From: a virus
Lineage: Duplodnaviria > Heunggongvirae > Uroviricota > Caudoviricetes
IMG/VR virus record: IMGVR_UViG_3300035182_000695
Location: 1-26,754 of that record
Strand: one strand, 5' to 3'
DNA: 26,754 nucleotides
In this document: positions 1 to 8,117 of the stretch, one piece after another
Position numbering within the stretch: the first letter of the stretch is position 1
Layout: every line of letters begins with the position of its first letter
The notes under the pieces: generated by a model
The model's input: only the letters and a program-made list of their open reading frames with translations
Told to the model about the DNA's origin: nothing
Databases searched by the model: none
Translations under genes and position numbers: made by a program

Positions 1-296
1 TCTTATTTATTTATTTTATTTATCTTACTTAGTTAGTAGAGCGTTAGTCCTCCACCTTTTGTTTCCAACGTCTCCGACGATTTTTTTTATTTTTGCTTTT
101 AAGCTTGATTCTTTTTGTTGATGTTAATTTATTGCACGTCAAATTAAATTGCTGCAACTAATATTTTTTTCACGGTCAACTTATTTATTGTTGATAACTT
201 ATTTAAAAGTTTAACTCATTATATTTTTATAATCAGATTATTCAAATTCTTTGGCCTGACTCTAAAAATGTTAAAACGAATATTTTTTTATTTTAT

Positions 297-327
297 TTTG
301 TATTTTTAAATAAAATGTCTATATTTG
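297..327 (+). promoter_or_regulatory. Bacteroidota sigma70-type promoter directly upstream of tnpB1 (probably leaderless)
   Basis: TTTG 297-300, 19-nt spacer, TATATTTG 320-327; ATG begins at 332. Confidence 0.75.
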
Positions 328-331
328 TGCT

Positions 332-1594
332 ATGTTAAAGGCTTTCAAGTACAGACTATACCCAAACAAAGAACAGCAAATTGCTTTAGATAAGCATATT
401 GGTAGCGTTCGTTTTGTTTATAATTTAGCTTTAGAAACTAAAAAGGTGGCGTACAATAACGCTCGTGTAAATCTTTCGAGATACGATTTACAAGTTCAAT
501 TAAAAGACTTGAAAAAAGAATGTGAGTGGTTGAAAGAAGTAAATAGTCAGAGTTTACAAGTTGCATTAATGAACTTAGATGCTTCTTATTTGAGTTATTT
601 CAGAGGATTAAAAGACGGAAGTATTGATAAGAAAAAAAATAATTATGTTAATTCTAAATTATCAAAAGGATTGCCGATAGACAACAATAAACTTCAAAAC
701 ATAGGAAAGCCGAAATTCAAAAGTAAAAAAGACAGCGTTCAAAGTTTCAATTGTCCTCAGAATTTTTACATAATAGACGGTAAATTAGATATTCCTAAAT
801 TAAAAACTGGAATTAAAATAATCTTACACAGAAAATTAGTTGGAGAACAAAGAAACGTAACTATAAGCAGAACATCAACAGGGAAATATTTCGCATCCAT
901 ATTAGTTGAAGACGGATTCGTGGCGCCGAAATTAAAGAAAATAAAACCTGAAACATCAGTAGGATTAGACTTAGGTATTAAAACATTTGCTGTTTGTAGC
1001 GATGGAAAAGAAATAGAGTCGCCTAAATTTTTAAGAGAATCTTTAAAAAGAATAAAAATATTACAAAAAAGACAAGCGAAAAAAAATAAAGATAGTAATA
1101 ACAGTAAAAAAGCATTAAAAAAAATCGCATTAGCGCACGAAAAAGTTGCTAATCAAAGGAAAGATTTTCTACACAAAGAAAGTAATTTGATAACCAAAAA
1201 TTATGATACAATTTGTTTAGAAGATTTAGCAGTTTCAAACTTAGTGAAAAATCATTCATTAGCTTTATCAATAAGCGATTCGGGATGGAGTATTTTTACT
1301 CGATTTGTAAAATATAAAGCAGATTGGGGAGGTAAAAACTATATTGAAATTGATAGATTTTTTCCTAGCAGCAAGCTTCACGCAAAATGCGGTTACATAA
1401 ATAAAGACTTGGAATTAATTCAGCGAGAATGGACTTGTAAATGTGGTGAATTAGTAAACCGAGACTTAAATGCAGCAATAAATATTCGCAATTTTGCGTT
1501 AAAACAAACAGGAGTGGGACGCTCCAAAGTGCTTGTGGAGTTGCCGACAATGGTCGGGGCTATGAAACAAGAAGCACATAAGATTATTATCTAG
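332..1594 (+). CDS. tnpB: RNA-guided endonuclease TnpB (IS605 OrfB family), 420 aa
   Basis: N-terminal KAFKYRLYPNKEQ; RuvC motifs GLDLGIK, LEDL, RDLNAAINI; Zn ribbon HAKC...CKC. Confidence 0.96.
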   Translation: MLKAFKYRLYPNKEQQIALDKHIGSVRFVYNLALETKKVAYNNARVNLSRYDLQVQLKDLKKECEWLKEVNSQSLQVALMNLDASYLSYFRGLKDGSIDKKKNNYVNSKLSKGLPIDNNKLQNIGKPKFKSKKDSVQSFNCPQNFYIIDGKLDIPKLKTGIKIILHRKLVGEQRNVTISRTSTGKYFASILVEDGFVAPKLKKIKPETSVGLDLGIKTFAVCSDGKEIESPKFLRESLKRIKILQKRQAKKNKDSNNSKKALKKIALAHEKVANQRKDFLHKESNLITKNYDTICLEDLAVSNLVKNHSLALSISDSGWSIFTRFVKYKADWGGKNYIEIDRFFPSSKLHAKCGYINKDLELIQREWTCKCGELVNRDLNAAINIRNFALKQTGVGRSKVLVELPTMVGAMKQEAHKIII

Positions 1595-1604
1595 TGTAGT
1601 TCAC
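1511..1604 (+). ncRNA. TnpB omegaRNA (reRNA) scaffold / transposon right end, overlapping the tnpB 3' end
   Basis: Hairpins GGAGT/GCTCC (1511-1525), CCGAC-aatg-GTCGG (1544-1557) and a subterminal hairpin 1575-1596, ending in TTCAC 1600-1604; the true 5' start is unknown. Confidence 0.7.
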
Positions 1605-1620
1605 AATAATCCTTCAATCG

Positions 1621-1830
1621 ATGAATGACGAATCATTAATGCCATTTGGAAAATACAAAAACATTAGACTTGCAAATATCCCTGCGAGTTACTTCTTTTA
1701 TCTCGAACCTGGAATGAAAGAAAAAGCCCCTAATAAGCGCAGTTTGACTGAAAAACTTCTACTAGACTACATAAACGACAATCGAGATGTTCTAAATAAA
1801 CAGGTCAATGAGTCAAGAAGCGGTAATTAG
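1621..1830 (+). CDS. DUF3820-like small protein
   Basis: MPFGKYK...LANIPASYFFYL matches the MPFGKYKG/diP..Yl motif. Confidence 0.7.
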   Translation: MNDESLMPFGKYKNIRLANIPASYFFYLEPGMKEKAPNKRSLTEKLLLDYINDNRDVLNKQVNESRSGN

Positions 1831-1848
1831 GCGTTAACTTTAATATAC

Positions 1849-1958
1849 TTAACATCAGATTGTTAATAACTTTACAAACATTTTATTTGCAGATGTGTAT
1901 ATTCGTTGTATATTTGTGTAACAATTAAGTTAAACACTAGCAAAATCAAGACATTATG
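1849..1958 (+). promoter_or_regulatory. Promoter module P1 (operator - promoter - operator - leader)
   Basis: TTAACA-N6-TGTTAA 1849-1866; TTTG 1886-1889; N19; TATATTTG 1909-1916; TAAC-N6-GTTA 1919-1932; AAAATCAAGACA before ATG 1956. Confidence 0.85.
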
Positions 1959-2348
1959 AGTAATTTTCAAGCATCAGAATCAGGAGTTATCAAAGCAGGT
2001 GATATAGCATCATTCAAAGGATTTTGGGATGCGGAAGTTAAGACTGCTGATAAAGGAATCATTACAGTTATAGGAAACGATGGTGTGTTTATGGACGATT
2101 CTTTTCAAAAGAAAGAAGAATTCACTATCGAAGACTTAAAGCGTATTTTCAGAAAGTTTAATGTGCTTCGTCCAGAAAATACGCACGAATCGATTATAAA
2201 ATACTCAAAACTTTACGAATCAGACAGATTTCCTGTTTCTGTACATAGAATGATACTTAATGCGATAAAGCCTCACAGAAACGATTTAAAGCAGTTGCAC
2301 GATAAGTTTCTTGCATTAGTTGAAAACAAAATTGGTAAAATCTATTAA
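1956..2348 (+). CDS. hypothetical protein (first gene after P1)
   Basis: 130-aa ORF whose start matches the conserved leader. Confidence 0.75.
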   Translation: MSNFQASESGVIKAGDIASFKGFWDAEVKTADKGIITVIGNDGVFMDDSFQKKEEFTIEDLKRIFRKFNVLRPENTHESIIKYSKLYESDRFPVSVHRMILNAIKPHRNDLKQLHDKFLALVENKIGKIY

Positions 2349-2350
2349 TT

Positions 2351-2674
2351 ATGAAAAAGTACACTCAATTAGAAACGGAACAAAGAGAAGCTCAAGCGAG
2401 ATTCGATAAAGCAATCTATTTAACTTATGTTGAATATGGAAAATACAACCAGTATAAGCGTATTAATAAGGAGTTGTTTATTGAGATGTTAAATAACAAG
2501 GTTGATAAAAAAACAACTCACGAATTTGATAAAAAAAGAATTTATAGAATAGCTGACAGTAAGGAAATTTGGATTGATAAAAATAAAAATGTTTTAGGTG
2601 AGGTTTTCACGGAAGTTTGTAGGGACAATGAAGATATTGTTTTAGAATCATTTTGGATTAACGAAGGATATTAA
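2351..2674 (+). CDS. hypothetical protein
   Basis: 107-aa ORF, 2-nt gap to the previous gene. Confidence 0.7.
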   Translation: MKKYTQLETEQREAQARFDKAIYLTYVEYGKYNQYKRINKELFIEMLNNKVDKKTTHEFDKKRIYRIADSKEIWIDKNKNVLGEVFTEVCRDNEDIVLESFWINEGY

Positions 2675-2686
2675 AAACTACTCATA

Positions 2687-2893
2687 ATGTTTGATAGTAA
2701 GCAAGAATTAATAAAAAGGCATAAAGCTAAGCATCAAGAGGAGTTGCTTGAGATTTTCATTCTAATAGAAGAAAATACTATGCAAACAAAAGTACAGGCG
2801 CTTACTAGATACGCAAGGCTTTTTGGCATGACTGATAAAATAAAAGCGAATGAAGAAATGAAAAAAGCTTACTCTGAATTTAATACCAAATAA
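2687..2893 (+). CDS. hypothetical protein
   Basis: 68-aa ORF in the packed + strand array. Confidence 0.6.
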   Translation: MFDSKQELIKRHKAKHQEELLEIFILIEENTMQTKVQALTRYARLFGMTDKIKANEEMKKAYSEFNTK

Positions 2894-2904
2894 AAAAATA
2901 TAAA

Positions 2905-3234
2905 ATGAAATCATATTATTCTCTAATGTCAATGTTTGCACTTTCAATGATGAGTGCAGATAATTTTGGCAACACAACAAATAGGCGTTCTAATTTTATT
3001 TCTGATGAAGAATTAGAGCAAAAGAATAAGCCTAACTATAAATTCAATTTCTCTATTCCTAAAAGTACAAAGTTGTATCTGTTTGAAAGCAATGGAAACT
3101 TTGAAACTTTCACAGAGTTTGCAAGTCGTAATGAAATGCCAAATTATTGTGTGTTTCATTGTATTGCAATAAATGATAAGTCAGCATTAAATAAGTTTAA
3201 TAAATGGAAATTATCAAACAGTGCAGGATGCTAA
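2905..3234 (+). CDS. hypothetical protein
   Basis: 109-aa ORF with an A-rich leader. Confidence 0.65.
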   Translation: MKSYYSLMSMFALSMMSADNFGNTTNRRSNFISDEELEQKNKPNYKFNFSIPKSTKLYLFESNGNFETFTEFASRNEMPNYCVFHCIAINDKSALNKFNKWKLSNSAGC

Positions 3235-3241
3235 CACTTGC

Positions 3242-3319
3242 CACTAACGTTACGAAGCCTTGCTTAGTTTGACTCTTAGCGGTTATGTAATGCCAAATTG
3301 AGCAAGGGTTGGGTTAGTA
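3242..3319. repeat. attC-like imperfect palindrome 1
   Basis: ACTAAC 3243-3248 / GTTAGT 3313-3318; inner stem CCTTGCTTAGTTTG 3258-3271 pairs with CAAATTGAGCAAGG 3294-3307 (two G-T pairs). Confidence 0.65.
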
Positions 3320-3369
3320 ACAGTAGCCAAATTAAAATTTAAAAACAAATAACAATTAAAAATACAATT

Positions 3370-3612
3370 ATGAAAAATTCAAGTGTAACAATAAAAGGAT
3401 TAACAAGAATACAAGCAAATGCATTAGCTCTTTTGTGCGAGGATGAAGCTATCGGCAAATTGATTAATGAAAAAATGGATGAAATAAAATCCACAACAGA
3501 GGAAGGAGATGAGTTATATGATTTATGTAGTTCATTAGAGGACGAAATGGCTTCAATGGATTTTGACGACTCTGATGGTGACGTTAATCATGTTGCTGAT
3601 TTTGGCGCTTAA
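3370..3612 (+). CDS. highly acidic small protein inside a putative gene cassette
   Basis: 80 aa with 20 D/E and 6 K/R; lies between the two palindromes. Confidence 0.75.
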   Translation: MKNSSVTIKGLTRIQANALALLCEDEAIGKLINEKMDEIKSTTEEGDELYDLCSSLEDEMASMDFDDSDGDVNHVADFGA

Positions 3613-3657
3613 TAAACCTATATCAACACCCGAAGCATAAACATCAAAGGCTATTGG

Positions 3658-3712
3658 TGCTAACGGATTGCACCTAATAAATCGGCTTGCTGTTTATTAG
3701 GTGCTGTTACCT
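3658..3712. repeat. attC-like palindrome 2
   Basis: TAAC 3661-3664 / GTTA 3706-3709; perfect 12-bp stem GCACCTAATAAA 3670-3681 / TTTATTAGGTGC 3693-3704. Confidence 0.7.
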
Positions 3713-3772
3713 GCTGGCGGACTGAATGTTGCTATAAGACTTTAATATAAAAACAATTTAACAAATAAAAAT

Positions 3773-4153
3773 ATGACAATCAGATTAAATATTAAGAGAA
3801 TCGCCTTTGTCGGCTTAGTATTAATGCTATTCAGCTTTATGTTAGCTACAATATTCAAGTTCTGTCAATTATCTCAAGTGATACAACAACCTCAGCGTGA
3901 TGTTGCTATTACTATGTCAATTATTTTTATTGCTGCTGTTGGCTGCTTACTTTGTTTACTCGCAGTTGTTTTATCTTCTATCAATAGCGTTAAAGAGATT
4001 ATAGATGAGCAATATCAAGAACGAATGGATGAAAATCAAACAGCACTTGCGGGAGAAATTATATCGATGGTTAAAAATCATCAAGGCAGCGGAAACGCAT
4101 TATTTAAAATACTAACAGAATTTCACCTTACTAAAAAGAAAAACAATAACTAA
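3773..4153 (+). CDS. two-TM membrane protein
   Basis: Two hydrophobic stretches (IAFVGLVLMLFSFMLATIF; ITMSIIFIAAVGCLLCLLAVVL). Confidence 0.7.
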   Translation: MTIRLNIKRIAFVGLVLMLFSFMLATIFKFCQLSQVIQQPQRDVAITMSIIFIAAVGCLLCLLAVVLSSINSVKEIIDEQYQERMDENQTALAGEIISMVKNHQGSGNALFKILTEFHLTKKKNNN

Positions 4154-4175
4154 AATAAAAAAACAAAAAGATAGT

Positions 4176-6302
4176 ATGAAAAAGTTCAACGCAACAATTC
4201 AAAAGCACTTCGACGAGATGTGCAAAACAGGCAAACTGTTCAGAGTAAAATTAACAGGACAAGAAATTTGGGACTTGTATCTCAAATCATTCGACAACGA
4301 CCCAATGTTCAGAGACCCCGAAAGCTCTACACATAACTGTAATCATTGCAAAAATTTCATTAGAAGATACGGAAACATAGTTTCTATCTCAGAAGACTTC
4401 AAAATTGTAACATTGTTTGATGTGCAAGCAGATGAAGAATTTGTTAGCGTTGCAGCCGCTTTATCTAAGGCAGTTAAATCATCTAAGGTGGCAGAAGTGT
4501 TCTTTGAAACATTTGATGAGCTTAATAAGCTTCCTTATGAGAGCTGTAATAAGAAAAACGCATTGTTTCAATTAGGTGTTGATAAAAACACTAAACGCTA
4601 TACTAAAGAAGAAGCCGAGAAGTTTGGTGTTGTTAAAGCTAATCAATTGGTTGAGTTTCATCACTTGCACTTATCATTACATAAAGACTTTGTAGATACA
4701 ACTGGCAATTCTGTTGAATCAATTATGGGTAAATACAGAGATGACAAAAATGTTTTCGAGCGTGCTATGGAAACAATCTCTTTAGACACTTTACACTTAG
4801 TTCGAGATTTAATCAATCAAGGTTCTTTACTAGACGGACAAACTCACCTGTATAAAGTTGAGCAAATGATTCCTTTGAAAAAAGAATACGATGAATTGAG
4901 TAAAGCGCAAAGAAGTAATTGGTGTTGGATTAAGTCTTACAAATTTCAGTTAGCTAAATTCAGAAACGAATTAATAGGCGTTTTATGTACTGAGCTTTCA
5001 GAAGGCAAAGAAATTAATGAAGCGTGTCAAGCTTGGAACAAACGAGTTGACCCTATCAATTATATGAAAACAACCGCTCCAATAACTAAAAAGCAAATCG
5101 CAGAAGCTAAAGAGTTTGTTGAGCAAAATGGCTATACTGAGTCCTTTGATAGAAGATTCGCTACCATCGAAGACATTAAAGCGTCTGAGATATTACACAT
5201 CAACTCAGGAAAAGGCGGACTTGAAGAGGTTTCTATTTTTGATAGCGTGAAAGCAACATCTTCAACAAGACACAAAAGAAATGAGTTCGACGGCATTGAA
5301 GAAGTGAGCATAGAGAAATTTATGGAAACTATTCTGCCTACTTGCTCTTCTGTTGAAGTGCTTTTAAGAAGCGCACACGAAAGTAATTTAGCGTCTTTAA
5401 CAACAGCTAACAATCCTGATAGCAAGAATATCTTTAAATGGAGTAACAATTACTCTTGGACGTTTAATGGCGATTTAGCCGGCAAATCTCAAATCAAAGA
5501 TGCTGTAAAGTCAAGAGGTGGAAATGTAGAAGGTGTTATGCGTATTAGTTTATCTTTTCCTGACACTACTGATGATTATGATTTACACTTAATCGAGCCT
5601 AACAGAAATCAAATATCTTATAGTAATTTGAGAGTTAAGCATTCATCTTCGGGTATGTTGGATTTAGATGCTCAAGGACGAGATGGAAATCAACCTGCTG
5701 AAAAACGAGTAGAGAACATTATCTACACAGACAAAGCTAGTATGCCAAAAGGTGCTTATCAAGTATATGTAAACAACTATTCTGAAAGAGGATTACATAC
5801 CGCATTTATGCTAGAAATTGAAATTGATAATGAAATTACTGTTTTGAAATTGAAACCAAAAAAATCAATCAACAAGATTAATGCTTGTAAAATTGAATTT
5901 GACGGAAACAATTTTGAATTAACGCCTTGCGAAGGAATGGAAGTTACTGATTCAAAATCTATCTCTAAAGAAATTTACGGATTAGAAACAAATCAATTTC
6001 ATAAAGTAAATTTAGTTTGCTTGTCACCTAATCATTGGGGAGATAACAATGTAGGCAATAAGCATTACTTCTTTATGCTAGACAAATGTAAATCTCCTGT
6101 AAGCATTAGAAGCTTTCATAACGAGAACTTAATGCCTGAGTTAGCTGCTCACAGAAAAGTAATGGAGGTACTCGCTAGTTCAAACTCTATTACATCAACA
6201 GACAAACAACTTTCGGGACTCGGATTTAATGCGACGGTCAGAGAAGAGTTGATTGTTAGGCTAACAGGTACGCATAAAAGAACATTGAAAATTAAATTCT
6301 AA
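4176..6302 (+). CDS. large conserved phage protein with an N-terminal CxxC and a YfaP/DUF2135-like domain
   Basis: 708 aa; HNCNHCKNFI; RISLSF...DYDLHLIEP...LDLDA...VENI...YQVYVNNY. Confidence 0.65.
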   Translation: MKKFNATIQKHFDEMCKTGKLFRVKLTGQEIWDLYLKSFDNDPMFRDPESSTHNCNHCKNFIRRYGNIVSISEDFKIVTLFDVQADEEFVSVAAALSKAVKSSKVAEVFFETFDELNKLPYESCNKKNALFQLGVDKNTKRYTKEEAEKFGVVKANQLVEFHHLHLSLHKDFVDTTGNSVESIMGKYRDDKNVFERAMETISLDTLHLVRDLINQGSLLDGQTHLYKVEQMIPLKKEYDELSKAQRSNWCWIKSYKFQLAKFRNELIGVLCTELSEGKEINEACQAWNKRVDPINYMKTTAPITKKQIAEAKEFVEQNGYTESFDRRFATIEDIKASEILHINSGKGGLEEVSIFDSVKATSSTRHKRNEFDGIEEVSIEKFMETILPTCSSVEVLLRSAHESNLASLTTANNPDSKNIFKWSNNYSWTFNGDLAGKSQIKDAVKSRGGNVEGVMRISLSFPDTTDDYDLHLIEPNRNQISYSNLRVKHSSSGMLDLDAQGRDGNQPAEKRVENIIYTDKASMPKGAYQVYVNNYSERGLHTAFMLEIEIDNEITVLKLKPKKSINKINACKIEFDGNNFELTPCEGMEVTDSKSISKEIYGLETNQFHKVNLVCLSPNHWGDNNVGNKHYFFMLDKCKSPVSIRSFHNENLMPELAAHRKVMEVLASSNSITSTDKQLSGLGFNATVREELIVRLTGTHKRTLKIKF

Positions 6303-6330
6303 ATATAAATCAAATAAAAAAACAGAAAAA

Positions 6331-6720
6331 ATGGAAATGTACAAAGAAGCAACAAGACTTGGACTAAGAGTTCAAACAACAAGAGGTCCTTTATCAATTG
6401 AACAATTGTGGGACTTAAAATTAACTGAATTAGATGCTTTAGCAGTATCTCTTCAAGAGGCTCACGAAAAATCAAAAAGTAAATCGTTTTTGGACACTAA
6501 GACTGTTAAAGACAAAGGAATTAAATTACAATTCGATATTGTATTAGACATTCTTAATACTAAAAACGAAGAGCAAAAAGCCGCCAAAGAGTCTGCGAGA
6601 ATCAAAGCGCACAACAACAGAATTGACGAGCTTATCGCTGAGAAAAAAGATAAAGTTATGGAAGCTAAATCTATCAAAGACCTTGAGAAGATGAGAATTC
6701 CAGTAGAGTCAGAAGATTAA
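6331..6720 (+). CDS. small coiled-coil partner of the 708-aa protein
   Basis: 129 aa; TRGPLSIEQLWDL motif followed by a helical K/E-rich region. Confidence 0.7.
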   Translation: MEMYKEATRLGLRVQTTRGPLSIEQLWDLKLTELDALAVSLQEAHEKSKSKSFLDTKTVKDKGIKLQFDIVLDILNTKNEEQKAAKESARIKAHNNRIDELIAEKKDKVMEAKSIKDLEKMRIPVESED

Positions 6721-6725
6721 TAAAC

Positions 6726-6760
6726 AATAGTGGGAAGGTGTTATGCTTTCCCACTTATTT
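6726..6760 (+). terminator. possible intrinsic terminator hairpin
   Basis: AGTGGGAA 6729-6736 / TTCCCACT 6748-6755, followed by TATTT (weak U tract). Confidence 0.55.
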
Positions 6761-6774
6761 AAAAAAAACACAAA

Positions 6775-6996
6775 ATGAAAAAATCGGAAATAAAGTTCAG
6801 TCTGTCTTTACTTAAAATGAACAGAAAGTACCATAAATCAGGAATGATTAACTCTAATATTGTTGAAAAAAACAGAAAAAATTTAAGCAAAAGCACAATT
6901 AATATGTTAGAGAAAAAATTTAAAAACCACTCATCGTATTATAATGATTTATCACTTGCGATAAATGCACTTGAAAAACAACTTAAATCAAAGTAG
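6775..6996 (+). CDS. hypothetical basic protein
   Basis: 73-aa ORF. Confidence 0.6.
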   Translation: MKKSEIKFSLSLLKMNRKYHKSGMINSNIVEKNRKNLSKSTINMLEKKFKNHSSYYNDLSLAINALEKQLKSK

Positions 6997-6998
6997 CT

Positions 6999-7232
6999 AT
7001 GAAGAATAAATTATTACTATTGACAATAGCATCTTTACTTACAGTTGCTTGTAATGAATCGAAAAACACAACAATACAATCTACCAACGTACAGATTAAA
7101 GGAATCGAAATAGAAACTTACATTTTTGATAGTTGCGAATATGTAGGAAGCATTATAGAAAACGCTCACAACCAAGATTGGATGACGCATAAAGGAAATT
7201 GTAGATTTTGTAAATATCGTAACAGTAAATAA
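6999..7232 (+). CDS. putative lipoprotein, Cys-rich C terminus
   Basis: Signal MKNKLLLLTIASLLTVAC; DSCEY...THKGNCRFC. Confidence 0.7.
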   Translation: MKNKLLLLTIASLLTVACNESKNTTIQSTNVQIKGIEIETYIFDSCEYVGSIIENAHNQDWMTHKGNCRFCKYRNSK

Positions 7233-7233
7233 A

Positions 7234-7653
7234 ATGAACATTGTAGCCGAATTAGAACAAACAACTAAAGAATTGTACAAATTAAACGCTTATAAAGAAG
7301 GTTTGTATAAAAAAATTGAAAACAATTTAAAATCTTATTTAATAGGTAAATACAAAGGTACTGTAATTAAAAGAGATAATTTGCAATATGTTTTTTTTAA
7401 TCTAAGGGTTTATGCTGAGTTTCATCATGATAATATCAGTCCTGCAAATTTAAAAGCTACTTTATATTTTACGATAATTTCAAAAATAACTTCTGTACAA
7501 AAAAAAGAATTAGATGAAGCTATACGAGATTTTGAGTCAAACAATGGAATCTGGTTAGGCGGTCGTAGAAAAATAGATTTATGTCTGAGCATTGAATACA
7601 CATTTACAATACAAGAAGCAATGGAAAATAATATTGATTTACAAATTAAATAA
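7234..7653 (+). CDS. hypothetical protein
   Basis: 139-aa ORF. Confidence 0.7.
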   Translation: MNIVAELEQTTKELYKLNAYKEGLYKKIENNLKSYLIGKYKGTVIKRDNLQYVFFNLRVYAEFHHDNISPANLKATLYFTIISKITSVQKKELDEAIRDFESNNGIWLGGRRKIDLCLSIEYTFTIQEAMENNIDLQIK

Positions 7654-7655
7654 TT

Positions 7656-8114
7656 ATGACAAAGAAACACATACTACAAATTTTCGCAATGAATATCGGT
7701 AACAATGTTATTGTGCCTGAGCTTGCAAATGCTATTGAATTAAAAGCTTTTCATTTAAGCAGGGCGGAAGAAGATAAATGCGAAATGATTCTTCCAAAGA
7801 AGCGATTGATTGACATAGAAGAGTCGCATATATTCAAGCTAATAGAGTTTATGTCGCCTAGCATTGATTGCGAAACCGACAATGTTCAAATCACGCTAAA
7901 AGAATCTAACGGAGCGTACTATAATTTCAAGCCTAAATATGGCTCTAAAATATCCGGCTATTTATCTTACAAAGATGATATGAGTTTCCAAATGTATCAG
8001 TACTTGCATTGGCTTGGCTACGCATTATCTGTAACGCTTTTGAATGAAGATTTAACTCCGGTAACATATAGCGTAAAAGAGTTGATTGAAAAAGAAATCG
8101 TAAAAATAATCTAA
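7656..8114 (+). CDS. paralog family A member 1 (YQYL..GYAL tail)
   Basis: C-terminal MYQYLHWLGYALS...YSVKELIEKEIVKII. Confidence 0.75.
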   Translation: MTKKHILQIFAMNIGNNVIVPELANAIELKAFHLSRAEEDKCEMILPKKRLIDIEESHIFKLIEFMSPSIDCETDNVQITLKESNGAYYNFKPKYGSKISGYLSYKDDMSFQMYQYLHWLGYALSVTLLNEDLTPVTYSVKELIEKEIVKII

Positions 8115-8117
8115 GCT

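Larger units (their letters stand above)
297..1604 (+). mobile_element. IS200/IS605-family (IS1341-type, tnpB-only) element 1; left end uncertain
   Basis: tnpB ORF, structured 3' region ending ...GTAGTTCAC at 1604, no tnpA adjacent. Confidence 0.75.

Noticed and set aside
67-82. Small hairpin CGTC-tcc-GACG and a possible divergent transcript at the window start
   Set aside because: The stem is only 4 bp and I found no convincing minus-strand promoter or ORF
3242-3712. Calling the hairpins classical integron attC sites
   Set aside because: The R boxes do not fit RYYYAAC/GTTRRRY, the spacers are asymmetric and no intI is present; kept only as attC-like
4158-4178. AAAAAGATAGTATG leader resembling the P2 leader
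   Set aside because: None of the promoter or operator elements is present upstream; probably a generic A-rich start context
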